Shown: positions 54,264 to 63,413 of the stretch, piece by piece
How positions within the stretch are numbered: the stretch's first letter is position 1
Layout: the number at the start of each line of letters is the position of its first letter
IMG/VR virus record: IMGVR_UViG_3300020577_001702
Coordinates: 5,656-69,655 of that record
Direction: 5' to 3' (one strand)
DNA: 64,000 bases
Origin: a virus
Taxonomy: Duplodnaviria; Caudoviricetes
Notes under the pieces: generated by a model
The model's input: the letters and a program-made list of their open reading frames with translations, nothing else
Told to the model about the DNA's origin: nothing
The model's database searches: none
Made by a program: the position numbers and the translations under genes

Positions 54264-54392
54264 TCAATCAGCTTTCTTCCCACGCGCAGCGCGAACGAGG
54301 CCAACGGCTAAGGCCCCAATAAGCACGGTTGTGGTCATGAGCTGATACGTAAGCCCTGCGGCTTTCGTCGCAGTGAGTAGGAACCTCATCAT
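54264..54392 (-). CDS. Small membrane peptide (42 aa)
   Basis: Hand translation MMRFLLTATKAAGL...VLIGALAVGLV... Confidence 0.4.
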   Translation of the reverse strand: MMRFLLTATKAAGLTYQLMTTTVLIGALAVGLVRAARGKKAD

Positions 54393-54395
54393 GAC

Positions 54396-54800
54396 TTACC
54401 CTTCAGTTTGTTGTCTGATCCATCCTGCCAGATCAGTGCGCTCCCTCAAGCGGGCACGGAACTCCGCGAGACTGAGGTTTTCCTGCTCCCACTCTAGGTC
54501 ACGCAAGACGATACCGCCAGCCGGACAGCCGATGATTGCTGCGACGTTCCGACCTTCGCGGTGCCGACCGGACAGCCACTGGTGCTGGAGCACCGAGAAC
54601 AGCTTTGCGATCTGCACCGAACCCCGCTGCGGTACGCGCGGGATGTACTTGTACTCCACCCACAAATCGTTGAGCCTGCCTGAATACCAGTCGTCAGCCG
54701 TACCGGAGCTGTACGGGTTGTTCATTTTCTCATGATGAATGGTTTTCGGGAGCAAACGGTTGACGCCTGCCCGAAAATTATTTTCTGGCTTGCGAGCCAT
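54396..54800 (-). CDS. PD-(D/E)xK nuclease, VRR-NUC/Holliday-junction-resolvase-like
   Basis: GTADDWY...LWVEYK...HQWL. Confidence 0.75.
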   Translation of the reverse strand: MARKPENNFRAGVNRLLPKTIHHEKMNNPYSSGTADDWYSGRLNDLWVEYKYIPRVPQRGSVQIAKLFSVLQHQWLSGRHREGRNVAAIIGCPAGGIVLRDLEWEQENLSLAEFRARLRERTDLAGWIRQQTEG

Positions 54801-55113
54801 GCCGGTCGTCAAGCTCAGGGTGGGTTTTAGTGTACTCTATTACGAAAGCCAGATTGCAGCGAGCGTGCGCAAGATGCGACAACCCGGTCTCCGGGTCAAC
54901 ATCTTCTCCCTCCAAGAAGGCGAAGATATGCCGCAGGCCGGCATCGAGTACACGTGTCCAGGACAAACCCTTGCGCCAGTTGTTCCGGCCGTACTTATTG
55001 CCACCGAACGCCAGGACTCGGGCCTCGGCTTCCAGAGCCGAGACCGGAATCCATGAGAGCGGCGGCTTACCGGCGTCGTGTTTGACGCCGGCAGTCAGAG
55101 CAGGTTTCTTCAC
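54778..55113 (-). CDS. dATP/dGTP diphosphohydrolase (DUF5664)
   Basis: KHDAGKP, GGNKYGRNNW, RH, DPETGLSHLAHARCN; GTG overlaps the upstream TGA. Confidence 0.88.
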   Translation of the reverse strand: MKKPALTAGVKHDAGKPPLSWIPVSALEAEARVLAFGGNKYGRNNWRKGLSWTRVLDAGLRHIFAFLEGEDVDPETGLSHLAHARCNLAFVIEYTKTHPELDDRHGSQARK

Positions 55114-55658
55114 GCCGCCCACTGGAACTGGCCCTCCTTGATCGACATCCACACGCGCTGGAGCGTCTGCGCTTGCGCCTTGGCGTCTTCCAGGGCGTTG
55201 TGCGCCACGGTCGGCTCGACCTTCAGCCCGCCCCAAGTCTGCCGGCTGAACATACCCTTGATGGTGCGGAAGTCGCGGCAGTCGTAATAGCGCCACGGGG
55301 AGGGCATACCTAGGTTGCGGTAGGCCGTGTCCAGGATCGGGATGTCGAAGTTCAGGCCGTTGCACCAGACGTTCGTGCCGGTCCAGTCGAACGCCACCGA
55401 CAGCTCGCGCAACGCTGAGCGAAGGTCGATGCCATCCTCGGAGAACATGAGGCGGGAGGGTTCGGACTGCTCCATCCACCAGCGGATGGTGCGCCCTTCA
55501 GGCTTCAGGCCGGCGCGGAAACAACTGTCCAAGTCCACCACGGCGTAGAACTCAGCGCCGAGTGAAGTGTCATCGAACGCAACAGCGCCGATGGAAGCGA
55601 TAGCGCTGTCAGCGCCAGTACCCAGAGTTTCGATGTCGATCATTACGTGCTGAGACAT
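55110..55658 (-). CDS. DEDD 3'-5' exonuclease (DUF5051-like)
   Basis: HVMIDIETLG, WCNG..FDIPIL, HNALEDA. Confidence 0.9.
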   Translation of the reverse strand: MSQHVMIDIETLGTGADSAIASIGAVAFDDTSLGAEFYAVVDLDSCFRAGLKPEGRTIRWWMEQSEPSRLMFSEDGIDLRSALRELSVAFDWTGTNVWCNGLNFDIPILDTAYRNLGMPSPWRYYDCRDFRTIKGMFSRQTWGGLKVEPTVAHNALEDAKAQAQTLQRVWMSIKEGQFQWAA

Positions 55659-55711
55659 ATGCATTTCCTTCTTGTAAGAGCTTTGTGTTGACCACCTGAG
55701 TAGGTAGCCCA

Positions 55712-55740
55712 CACGAAGCCCCGACGAGCGGGGCTTCGTG
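55712..55740 (-). terminator. 12-bp GC-rich hairpin
   Basis: CACGAAGCCCCG-ACGAG-CGGGGCTTCGTG. Confidence 0.55.
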
Positions 55741-55745
55741 CGGCG

Positions 55746-55976
55746 TTACGCCGTAACGCTGGCGAGCGACGCTTCCAGGCCGGCGAGGGCCTTGGCGGCA
55801 GCGGCGGCAGCCTTGTCGTTGGTCTTGACGAAGGTGTTGAAGGTCTTCTCAGCGGCCTTGCGGTCGTTGGAGATGGTCTTCACTTCATCCTTCGCAGCCT
55901 TGATCTTGGCCTTCAGATCGACGACGACGGCCTTCTTTTCGGCCTTGGACAGAACAACACTCTTGGCACGTGCCAT
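55746..55976 (-). CDS. Small Lys/Ala-rich coiled-coil protein (76 aa)
   Basis: SD AAGGAG; strong codon bias. Confidence 0.7.
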   Translation of the reverse strand: MARAKSVVLSKAEKKAVVVDLKAKIKAAKDEVKTISNDRKAAEKTFNTFVKTNDKAAAAAAKALAGLEASLASVTA

Positions 55977-56184
55977 ACAGCTTCTCCTTCAGGTTGGTGA
56001 TGAATGAAAGTCGATTAAGGTCGACGGCCTTTGAGAACAGACGGTTTACAACTACAGGGCGACGTTGTGTGTCGACTTCGAGTTTGAGGCAGTGCTGAAC
56101 CTCCTCCTCGGTCAACTCGTCGATGATGCCGACGAGCGACCGATAGGAGGCTAGCGCTTTGCGTACGTGCCAATCACGCAGCAC
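55885..56184 (-). CDS. Hypothetical protein
   Basis: GTG start near the SSB stop; boundaries uncertain. Confidence 0.45.
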   Translation of the reverse strand: MLRDWHVRKALASYRSLVGIIDELTEEEVQHCLKLEVDTQRRPVVVNRLFSKAVDLNRLSFITNLKEKLYGTCQECCSVQGRKEGRRRRSEGQDQGCEG

Positions 56185-57013
56185 GACGCCCCTTCGCCGG
56201 AGCAGCCTTGCCCTTCGGCTTGTTACGCTTCGCGACAACCTTGGCCTCAAACTCGGACACGTCCGGTTCGGTGGTCAGCATGGCGTGCGCGTCATCTCGC
56301 ATGAAGAGGGCAGCAGCGAGCTGTTCCTCGTTGAGCGGCGCGACGCAGGCGCAACGTACGGAGCTGAAGTCGAAGTCAGTATCGAAGCTGAACTCCGTCA
56401 TCACCCCGTAGGTGCTGACGCCGTACGCCTGCACCACATCCCGCACGTAAGTGCCGAAGCTCTTCAGTGCGGTGGGCGAGAACGTCAGCGGGCGAACCTC
56501 GCCGTCCTCGCATAGGACAGCCGCCTTGATGCTGTTCTTGCACGCCTTGCCCTTGCCGTTGGCACCGGACTTCCAGGCGTTGGCCCAGCAGTCCTTGCAC
56601 TGGTTGTCGCCCTCGGCGTTCTGAGGGTCGGGCGAGTTGTTGCTGGCCTTCAGGTCGTCGTTCTTCACGACGCCGATGGCGAAGCAGTTGGGCGGGACCA
56701 TCTCGTCCGGATTGAAGACATTCTCGTAGTACGAGTTCACCGATACGAAGTCGACGATCACACCACGGAAGTCCGTCACCTTGGAGCCGTCCGGGAACCG
56801 GAATTCCTTGGACTGCGTGACCTGGATGGTCTTGCCGGTAGGAGCAGCGAGCTGTTGGGACAGCTTGGCCACATCGGCCTTGATCATGTCGTCGACGTTC
56901 GTCGGCAGGGCAACCTTCGCCCGCGCGACGGCGGTGGTCTTGGACGGAGCAGTGGCCTTGGTGGTCTTGGCCGTGGTCTTGGCCGGAGTCTTGCTGGTAG
57001 TGGCTTTAGTCAT
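56174..57013 (-). CDS. ssDNA-binding/annealing protein (putative)
   Basis: NSYYE..F...PPNCFA, CKDCWANAWKS...GKACKN; position next to the polymerase. Confidence 0.6.
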   Translation of the reverse strand: MTKATTSKTPAKTTAKTTKATAPSKTTAVARAKVALPTNVDDMIKADVAKLSQQLAAPTGKTIQVTQSKEFRFPDGSKVTDFRGVIVDFVSVNSYYENVFNPDEMVPPNCFAIGVVKNDDLKASNNSPDPQNAEGDNQCKDCWANAWKSGANGKGKACKNSIKAAVLCEDGEVRPLTFSPTALKSFGTYVRDVVQAYGVSTYGVMTEFSFDTDFDFSSVRCACVAPLNEEQLAAALFMRDDAHAMLTTEPDVSEFEAKVVAKRNKPKGKAAPAKGRRAA

Positions 57014-57035
57014 GTGAGTTCCTTGCTTTGTAGAT

Positions 57036-57449
57036 TTAGGAAGAAGAGTGCTTGAGGTCACGCTTCATGAACGACTCCGTTCCCGGCAAATCAGAGCCTT
57101 TCAGACCCTTTGCCTCACGCCAGGAGGGAGTCGACAACGGTTGCGCGAGGAACAGATGGAACAAGTCCTCGCGAACGATGTACTTGATGAGCGCTTTCGC
57201 GTCCTTCACAACCGGCACGTCGGTCTCGCTGATGGAGACGGTGACGCCGGCCCAGGCAGCCTTGGTCTGCTTGGTCTTGTCGAGTTGTTCGATGACCTTG
57301 CGCTTCAGGTCGTCGTACTCTTCCTTCAGGGGTGCGTCCTTCGCGGCCAGCTCACGCCGCTGAATGCGCAGAGTTTCCATGCGTTCGATCATGTCGCCGA
57401 TGGTTTGCTCCTTCGGCACTTCGACAACATTGAGTTTGGCTTTCGCCAT
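57036..57449 (-). CDS. Hypothetical replication-module protein (137 aa)
   Basis: SD AGGAG; coiled coil plus VTVSISET..PVVKD. Confidence 0.65.
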   Translation of the reverse strand: MAKAKLNVVEVPKEQTIGDMIERMETLRIQRRELAAKDAPLKEEYDDLKRKVIEQLDKTKQTKAAWAGVTVSISETDVPVVKDAKALIKYIVREDLFHLFLAQPLSTPSWREAKGLKGSDLPGTESFMKRDLKHSSS

Positions 57450-57542
57450 GTAGGTCTCCTGTTCGTTAGTGGTGAACACTATGTTGCGCTCTGACGAACG
57501 ATGTGTAGAGTCTATCAGAGCGTCTGACAGAGCGCAACAGAG

Positions 57543-59447
57543 TTATTTCGAGTAGCGAACGTCGTGCCCGCCCTCGGCGTCCAGTGGTACACCATTGGCC
57601 CAGCCGCACGGTTGGCGCATCAGGCGAATCTTCTCCTTCAGCGCCTTGTCGGCTAGCCGGTCAGGGATCACCGAGACGATTTCGTCGTGCGTCATCAGGA
57701 CTACCTGAAGCACTTCGTTCTTGCGCAGCTTCTGCGTCTTGTAGAACGCCGCCACGTCGAGCATCTGCTCAGCGACGAGGATGCGCGCCAACGCCTGGAC
57801 GATGTTCTCGACCAGCAGCCCGCCGTAAATCTTCTTGCGCTTGCCGTTGGCCTTGTAGGAGAAGCCACCGCCGATGCTGTACTTCAGGTCGGGGTAGTGC
57901 AGACCCATGCCGTTCGGCAACCAGACAGAGCCGTCTTCCCAGGTCAGCACCACCTCACCGTCGACCAGCATCTCGCCGGCACGGCCAGCCACAAGGTCTT
58001 CCAGAATCTTCTCGGCCTTGCTCCAGAGCCGAACGATGTGGAAGTTCGCGCGGCGGAACGCGTTGACGATGCGCTTACACTCGGTGAGTGACAGGTCCAC
58101 AGGCGGACCCATGATGCCGAGTGCCAGGGTGGTCTGGAACTTCTGAGCACCCATGCCGTAGCCGAGGCCCAGCACGGCGATCTTGCCGATGAAGCGTTCG
58201 AGCTTGTCCTTCTTCGTGATCGTCCGGCCGTAGATAATCGAGGCCATGTGGCAGTACACGTCCTCGCCTCGGGCGAACAGCTCCACGATGTCGGCTTGGC
58301 CGGCGAGCCATGCAATGGTCCGGGCTTCGATCTGTGCCGAGTCCGCGACGCCGATACGGTGTCCAGGCGGGGCGATGACAGAGAGCCGGAGCATGCCCGT
58401 GCCCTTCTCGATGATCACGCCAGCCTCGTCACGTTCCAGGCGTGGCAGGTTCTGCATGTTCATCTTGTCGCCACCGGACCAGCGGCCTGTCTTCGCGCCG
58501 AAGTAGTTCAGCAGCACAGGCAGGCGCTTGCCGTCCGAGCCGGCGTCGATCATGCGCTTGGCACGGGTCTCGAAGATGGTGCTCTTCGCGGCCATGCGAC
58601 CGGCGACGAGGCGAACCACGCGACGGTCTTCGTGTTCCAGCAGATCGAGGAATTCCTCGTCCGACAACGAGAAGGCAAACGTCTCCTCGCCAGTCGTCTT
58701 GCTGACCTTCAACGGCAGGTTCTCTTCGCCGATCAACTCGGCCAGCGCAGCGGCGAACTTCGGGTTGCTGGTTAGCGTCTTCTCGGGCACGCCGGCAGCC
58801 AGGATCATGAACTGCCGCTCCTGCATCTCCTCGGCGAGCGCCCGCTCGGCCACCTCGATGTTCACCATGAGCTGCGGCTGGACGAACATGCGCAGCGTCA
58901 GGTCGATCAGCGCCAGCTCGTTATCGGGATAGATGCCGATCTGCTTCTCGAACACGGCGTAGCAGAGGTCGTTGTCCTGCACGCAGTACTCACCGAGGCG
59001 AGCGTCTTCGTCCTTCGTCAGGTTGCGCTTGCCGCGCGTGTTCTCCAACGCGCCTTCGATCTTCCGGCCGACGCCATAGAGCTGCGCGATGGTGTCGAGC
59101 TTCGCACGCGACACCTCGTTATGCAGCCCACGCGTCATGCTCAGCGTGTCGTAGTAGAACGCCGGCACAATGCCGTAGTGCCACGCCAGGATCGCGCCGT
59201 CGAAGGCCGTGTTGTGGCAGAGCAGGGAAGTCTTCGACCAGTCGATGCTGTCGAGCTTCGCCTTCAGCTTCGCGCCGGAGTACCAGACAGACTTCCCCTT
59301 GCCGATCTTGATGGCTGCGCCGTGGACCTTGAACTGCGGGTCGCGGATGTAGGAGCTGGTGTTGTATTTCTTGAGGCTCAGGCTGTAATCACCTGAGTAG
59401 TACGTCTCGAAGTCAATCGTGACTAGGCTGCGCGGCGCTTGTCCCAA
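57543..59447 (-). CDS. Family A DNA polymerase with 3'-5' exonuclease
   Basis: TIDFET, CHNTAFD, TGRWSG, DSAQIEAR, RFIGKIAVLGLGYG, THDEI. Confidence 0.95.
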   Translation of the reverse strand: MGQAPRSLVTIDFETYYSGDYSLSLKKYNTSSYIRDPQFKVHGAAIKIGKGKSVWYSGAKLKAKLDSIDWSKTSLLCHNTAFDGAILAWHYGIVPAFYYDTLSMTRGLHNEVSRAKLDTIAQLYGVGRKIEGALENTRGKRNLTKDEDARLGEYCVQDNDLCYAVFEKQIGIYPDNELALIDLTLRMFVQPQLMVNIEVAERALAEEMQERQFMILAAGVPEKTLTSNPKFAAALAELIGEENLPLKVSKTTGEETFAFSLSDEEFLDLLEHEDRRVVRLVAGRMAAKSTIFETRAKRMIDAGSDGKRLPVLLNYFGAKTGRWSGGDKMNMQNLPRLERDEAGVIIEKGTGMLRLSVIAPPGHRIGVADSAQIEARTIAWLAGQADIVELFARGEDVYCHMASIIYGRTITKKDKLERFIGKIAVLGLGYGMGAQKFQTTLALGIMGPPVDLSLTECKRIVNAFRRANFHIVRLWSKAEKILEDLVAGRAGEMLVDGEVVLTWEDGSVWLPNGMGLHYPDLKYSIGGGFSYKANGKRKKIYGGLLVENIVQALARILVAEQMLDVAAFYKTQKLRKNEVLQVVLMTHDEIVSVIPDRLADKALKEKIRLMRQPCGWANGVPLDAEGGHDVRYSK

Positions 59448-60823
59448 TTCTTTCTTCCTTCCATGTATTCGAGGAGGTCATACTGCTTGGCGTCCTTCTG
59501 TTGGCACGAAGCCCATGCCTGTTCGTCGATGGTGTCCTTCGCCACAACGACGATGGTCTCGGTCTTCTCGGTCTGGCTGATACGGTAGATGCGCTTCAAC
59601 CCCTGGAGATAGAACTCCAGGTTCGCCGTGGGGCTGGCGAAGATCGTGGTCGTACCACGCGTCAGCGTCAGGCCGTGACCGGCAGACTGCGGGTGCGCGA
59701 ACAGCACCTTGTAGCGGCCAGCTTGATAGTCCGCAACGATCTGCTCGCGGGCACCCTTCTTGGTGACGGTACCGTCGATCAGCGCGTACGGCCACTTCTC
59801 GGCCTGGGCGATCTTGATCATCTCGTCGCGTTGGTGCGACCAGTTGAAGAAGACCACGCTGTGCCGGCGCTCTTCCAGCAGCGCGCCGACCAGCTCGTAC
59901 CGGCCGGTGTCCAGCAGCGTGTAGTCCTCGCCACTATCGTCGTAGGACGCACCGGAAGCACACTGAAGGAGTTTGCCGTAGAGCACTGCCGCATTGATGG
60001 CTGTGACGGTCTTGCGATTCTTCATCGCCAGGAAGCTGTCACGCTCCATCGTGTCGTAGTACTTGCGGTGCTTCGCCGGCAGCTCATACTCGACGGCGTG
60101 CTTGTAGTTCGGTGGGATGTCCACGCAGTCCTCGAACTTGTGGCGGATGGTGATGTCCTGAAGCAGGGCACCTACCACCACCTCGATGCCGGGTTTGTCA
60201 TTCCAGCGGATCGCGTGTGCGTTCTGGCCTACCTGCTCTGGTGTGCACGTGGCTGCGCGGAACTTGAAGAATGAGTCACCCAGGCGCTTACCGTCATCAC
60301 ACACGTAGGCTTGATGCCACAGGTTCGTGATGCCGTTGGTTGCTGGCGTGCCGGACAGCAGACGCCGGTAGGTGAAGTACTTCCTGATCTTCGCGATAGC
60401 CTTCGAGCGCTGGCTGGTCGGATGCTTGATGCTGGTGGACTCGTCGATGATTAGGTAGTCGAAGTCCTTGAAGAACGACGGCGGCTTCTTGGCGAGCCAC
60501 ACCAGGGCGTCGATGTTCGTCACATAAACGTCCGCGTCCACAGCGAACGCCTCGTCGCGGTTGTCCGCGTAGGCGAGACTGACCTTGAGGTGCGGGGCAA
60601 ACCGAGCAAAGTCGTTGCCCCAGGCAGACTTGATCAGACTCTTCGGGCAGAGTACCAGAGCCTTGCCCGAGCCGCGCTTCTTGCGGTACTTGGCGAAGGC
60701 CGTAACGTGAACGGGTGTCTTGCCGGTGCCGGCATCACTCCAGTCAAGAACCCTGGACTGTCGGTCCAGGAAACTCACCGATTGATTTTGGTGCGTCAAC
60801 AGTGGGGGGATTGATTTCGTCAT
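59423..60823 (-). CDS. SNF2-family helicase
   Basis: DAGTGKT, IIDES, LLSGTP, HPQSAGHGLTL, QGLKRIYR. Confidence 0.9.
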   Translation of the reverse strand: MTKSIPPLLTHQNQSVSFLDRQSRVLDWSDAGTGKTPVHVTAFAKYRKKRGSGKALVLCPKSLIKSAWGNDFARFAPHLKVSLAYADNRDEAFAVDADVYVTNIDALVWLAKKPPSFFKDFDYLIIDESTSIKHPTSQRSKAIAKIRKYFTYRRLLSGTPATNGITNLWHQAYVCDDGKRLGDSFFKFRAATCTPEQVGQNAHAIRWNDKPGIEVVVGALLQDITIRHKFEDCVDIPPNYKHAVEYELPAKHRKYYDTMERDSFLAMKNRKTVTAINAAVLYGKLLQCASGASYDDSGEDYTLLDTGRYELVGALLEERRHSVVFFNWSHQRDEMIKIAQAEKWPYALIDGTVTKKGAREQIVADYQAGRYKVLFAHPQSAGHGLTLTRGTTTIFASPTANLEFYLQGLKRIYRISQTEKTETIVVVAKDTIDEQAWASCQQKDAKQYDLLEYMEGRKNWDKRRAA

Positions 60824-61031
60824 ATGGGCTTCCGTCGAACTGCTTTGCCAGAGGGATGAACTCGATGATGCCGTTGCTGTGCTTGTTGATCGCGCAGATG
60901 ACGGCTATCGGCTCGCCTGTGTCCGCCTTCGAGCACTGGACGAGGCACAGGTCGCTGTTACTGGCAGCGAGCAGCAGGGTGTTGAAGTTCTTCCTAGCGC
61001 CCTGGCTTATAGGCGTATTCACAGATTCCAT
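60744..61031 (-). CDS. Hypothetical protein (95 aa)
   Basis: ORF between nuclease and helicase, overlapping both. Confidence 0.5.
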   Translation of the reverse strand: MESVNTPISQGARKNFNTLLLAASNSDLCLVQCSKADTGEPIAVICAINKHSNGIIEFIPLAKQFDGSPYDEINPPTVDAPKSIGEFPGPTVQGS

Positions 61032-61695
61032 CCTTGTAGGGGCAGTACTGGCAGGAGTACTTGTTGGGGTTCGGCGGGAACGCTTTCGCGGAAGTCATGC
61101 GGTGTCCACGCGCTTCCCAGGACTTGCGGTGCCGCGCCCACGCCTGAGTGTCCTTCTGGTCATGGTGCAGATCGTCCAGGTCGAGATACCACAGCTCGGT
61201 GTCGATGGTGGTCAGCTCGGGCACCTTGATGGACAGGCCCAGCGCGTAGAGCTGCGTCTGCTCGCCGTGCTTGATCTCGTTGCCGTAGCGCTTGCCGGTC
61301 TTGTAGTCGATCACGACCGCGCGGGTGCGGGATAGGAAGACCACGGCGTCGCACTTGATGCGCGTCCAGACTTCCTTGCCGTAGTAGTCACAGGGTGCCC
61401 AGTTCCGGTCGAAGCCCCACTCACCTTCTAGCGAGACCTTGCCACCAGCGAAGAGCCGGCTCAGAGCCTCGAACTCGTCGCGAAATTTCTCAGCCTCGGC
61501 TGGTAGCGGGCCTTGCCCGCGCACATACAGCTCGCAGGCTTCGTGGATGCGAGTGCCACGGTCATTGGCGTGCTCGGTCTTGCCGGGTGGCAGCGGGCGC
61601 TCAGGCTCGGGAATTTTGTCGACGATCTTCAGCTTGCTGCGATAGGCGCAGGACTCGAACTCGACGAGACGGGAATGGCTCCAGGTCTTGATCAT
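60994..61695 (-). CDS. Cas4/RecB-like PD-(D/E)xK exonuclease with split Cys cluster
   Basis: WSHSRL..FESC, RGTRIHE, KCD..VIDYKTGK, QTQLY, CQYCPY...C. Confidence 0.88.
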   Translation of the reverse strand: MIKTWSHSRLVEFESCAYRSKLKIVDKIPEPERPLPPGKTEHANDRGTRIHEACELYVRGQGPLPAEAEKFRDEFEALSRLFAGGKVSLEGEWGFDRNWAPCDYYGKEVWTRIKCDAVVFLSRTRAVVIDYKTGKRYGNEIKHGEQTQLYALGLSIKVPELTTIDTELWYLDLDDLHHDQKDTQAWARHRKSWEARGHRMTSAKAFPPNPNKYSCQYCPYKDGICEYAYKPGR

Positions 61696-61735
61696 GACGT
61701 GCCTCTCTGTTGGAAAGTGTCAGAGTGTAGCAGAG

Positions 61736-62137
61736 TCACTTCTTCAGTTCCCTTTCAGTCGGTCGGCGGCAAAAGCTCCACTCTACGCACAAGTTGGTAC
61801 TCCAACTGGTACCACGATCCGACCACGTAAGCGGTCTGCCGCGCTCATCGGCCCCAGCGAAGTGCCGGGGTTGCCAGTGGTCGTCTGTGGTATCCCTCAC
61901 CATCACCGGCTCGTCGATCTTGAAGTCCTCGTAGGGGCTGATCTCGATGAGGTCGAGGTTTGCTGGCTCACGCGATTTGTGTAAGTACTTCCCGTCAGCG
62001 TCGAACACTAGAACACTCTCATCCCCATCTGCGCACATGATCAGAGCCACGACAGGCTGCTCACCTTTCAGGTCCACGCACAACACGCGGACGGGCCTGC
62101 CATCGCGGGTGCGGTACTTCTTTGTTATGTCGATCAT
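61736..62137 (-). CDS. Hypothetical protein (133 aa)
   Basis: KKYRTRDGRPVRVLCVD; PVMVRD...W.PRHFAG. Confidence 0.7.
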   Translation of the reverse strand: MIDITKKYRTRDGRPVRVLCVDLKGEQPVVALIMCADGDESVLVFDADGKYLHKSREPANLDLIEISPYEDFKIDEPVMVRDTTDDHWQPRHFAGADERGRPLTWSDRGTSWSTNLCVEWSFCRRPTERELKK

Positions 62138-62195
62138 TTCATACTCCTTCCAATTTCAGCCGCCTTCGCGGCGAGTTCAAGCAGTTCGCGGGCGC

Positions 62196-62435
62196 TCATT
62201 TCTCGATCTCCTCTCGAATCTTCCTAGCCATTTCTGCCGAGTACCTAGCAAAACGCTCATGCCCCAGTTCGACAGCAAAGTCGCTTTCTTCTTCGCACAC
62301 CTTCGCCGCGTGTTCCAGGGCGGCGTTCCAGGCTTGTTGGGCAACACCCTTCCAACGGCCCTGGTCACAGGCGTCCATATCGTCGTACTCGCCGGGCAGG
62401 CAGAAGGTAGGCCATGCTTTCTCGAATGCGCTCAT
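62196..62435 (-). CDS. Hypothetical protein (79 aa)
   Basis: AWNAALEHAAKVC pattern; ATGA coupling. Confidence 0.6.
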   Translation of the reverse strand: MSAFEKAWPTFCLPGEYDDMDACDQGRWKGVAQQAWNAALEHAAKVCEEESDFAVELGHERFARYSAEMARKIREEIEK

Positions 62436-62872
62436 GGCTTCACCTCCCCGGCCATGCGGCGCAGTTCTGCTGCTATGAACCGTGCTGCGCGTGGCTCACC
62501 AGATGCTGCGTTACTTAGCCCCACATCGCCATTTAGCATGGCCGTATCTTTGTAAGCAGAGTAGTGCGACTCAAGTTCATCGCACACTGTTGCCGCCTCC
62601 ATTAGCGCCTCGCGCCGGGCCTGTGACTTGACCGCTTCGAGAGCGGAGAGGTCGTCGGGCTTGTCGCAACGCCTATCTGATTCCGCGTAAGTTGAGCCGT
62701 GCTCATCCGATATTCCGTCGTAGTGCCACGCTTGCAGTGTGTAATGAAGTGCCTCCCGCAGTTCCGCGATGCGGGCCTGCTGCGCTGCTACCTGTTGCTC
62801 CAAACGCTGCACCATGCCTTCCAGCGCGATGATCTGGCTGGATGCTGGTGTTGCTTGCGATCTGGTCATCAC
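62432..62872 (-). CDS. Hypothetical coiled-coil protein
   Basis: GTG/ATG overlapping the upstream stop; REALMEAATVC. Confidence 0.6.
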   Translation of the reverse strand: MMTRSQATPASSQIIALEGMVQRLEQQVAAQQARIAELREALHYTLQAWHYDGISDEHGSTYAESDRRCDKPDDLSALEAVKSQARREALMEAATVCDELESHYSAYKDTAMLNGDVGLSNAASGEPRAARFIAAELRRMAGEVKP

Positions 62873-63207
62873 TTCATCTCCTCCATCCGTTTGTTCAGCT
62901 TGTCCCAATCGAGGTAGTACGCGCCTTCCTTCTCGGTGGCGAAGCCTGCCTGCATAAGCACTTCGATTGCCTGCTCTTCGGCAGACATAAATGCGTGCGT
63001 CAGCGGACCTTCCATGTCCTCGCCGTAGAAGAATTGACCGACCATGCCCATTAGTGCGGAGATGAGTATGGTGTTGCCGTTGCGGAGGGCCTGCACTTGC
63101 TGCTCCAGGTCGGCGATCTGTTCGCCCATCGTGGGTATATCTGCGTACCGTTCCTCCCCGCATGAGCAGGGACTTAGCAAGCAGTAGCTGCAACGTAATG
63201 ACATCAC
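62869..63207 (-). CDS. Hypothetical protein (112 aa)
   Basis: Overlap-coupled. Confidence 0.5.
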   Translation of the reverse strand: MMSLRCSYCLLSPCSCGEERYADIPTMGEQIADLEQQVQALRNGNTILISALMGMVGQFFYGEDMEGPLTHAFMSAEEQAIEVLMQAGFATEKEGAYYLDWDKLNKRMEEMK

Positions 63208-63413
63208 ATCCTCCTAACTCGGCGTGGGTTGGCATTGATAGTGCCGTCGCCGTCGCCGTAGCCGTAGCCGTTGCCGTCGCCGTCGTCGTAGCCGTCGCCG
63301 TAGCCGTAGCCGTAGCCGTTGCCGTCGCCGTCGCCGTAGCCGTAGCCGTAGCCGTCGCCGTAGCCGTCGCCGTCGCCGTAGCTGTAGCCGTAGCCGACCG
63401 GTCGGAACATCAC
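63204..63413 (-). CDS. Gly-Tyr/Gly-Asp repeat protein (69 aa)
   Basis: GYGYGYGDGDG repeats from a 6-bp tandem repeat at about 63244-63395; overlap-coupled on both sides. Confidence 0.6.
   Translation of the reverse strand: MMFRPVGYGYSYGDGDGYGDGYGYGYGDGDGNGYGYGYGDGYDDGDGNGYGYGDGDGTINANPRRVRRM

Noticed and set aside
54778-55113. 2-aminoadenine (Z) genome
   Set aside because: DUF5664 alone is not sufficient; no PurZ is visible in the window.
62134-62199. 21-aa ORF MSARELLELAAKAAEIGRSMK
   Set aside because: It looks like the truncated N-terminus of a common phage hypothetical protein; probably a relic and too short to support.
63244-63395. Diversity-generating retroelement or CRISPR-like repeat
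   Set aside because: Simple 6-bp coding tandem repeat; no reverse transcriptase or TR/VR pair is visible in the window.
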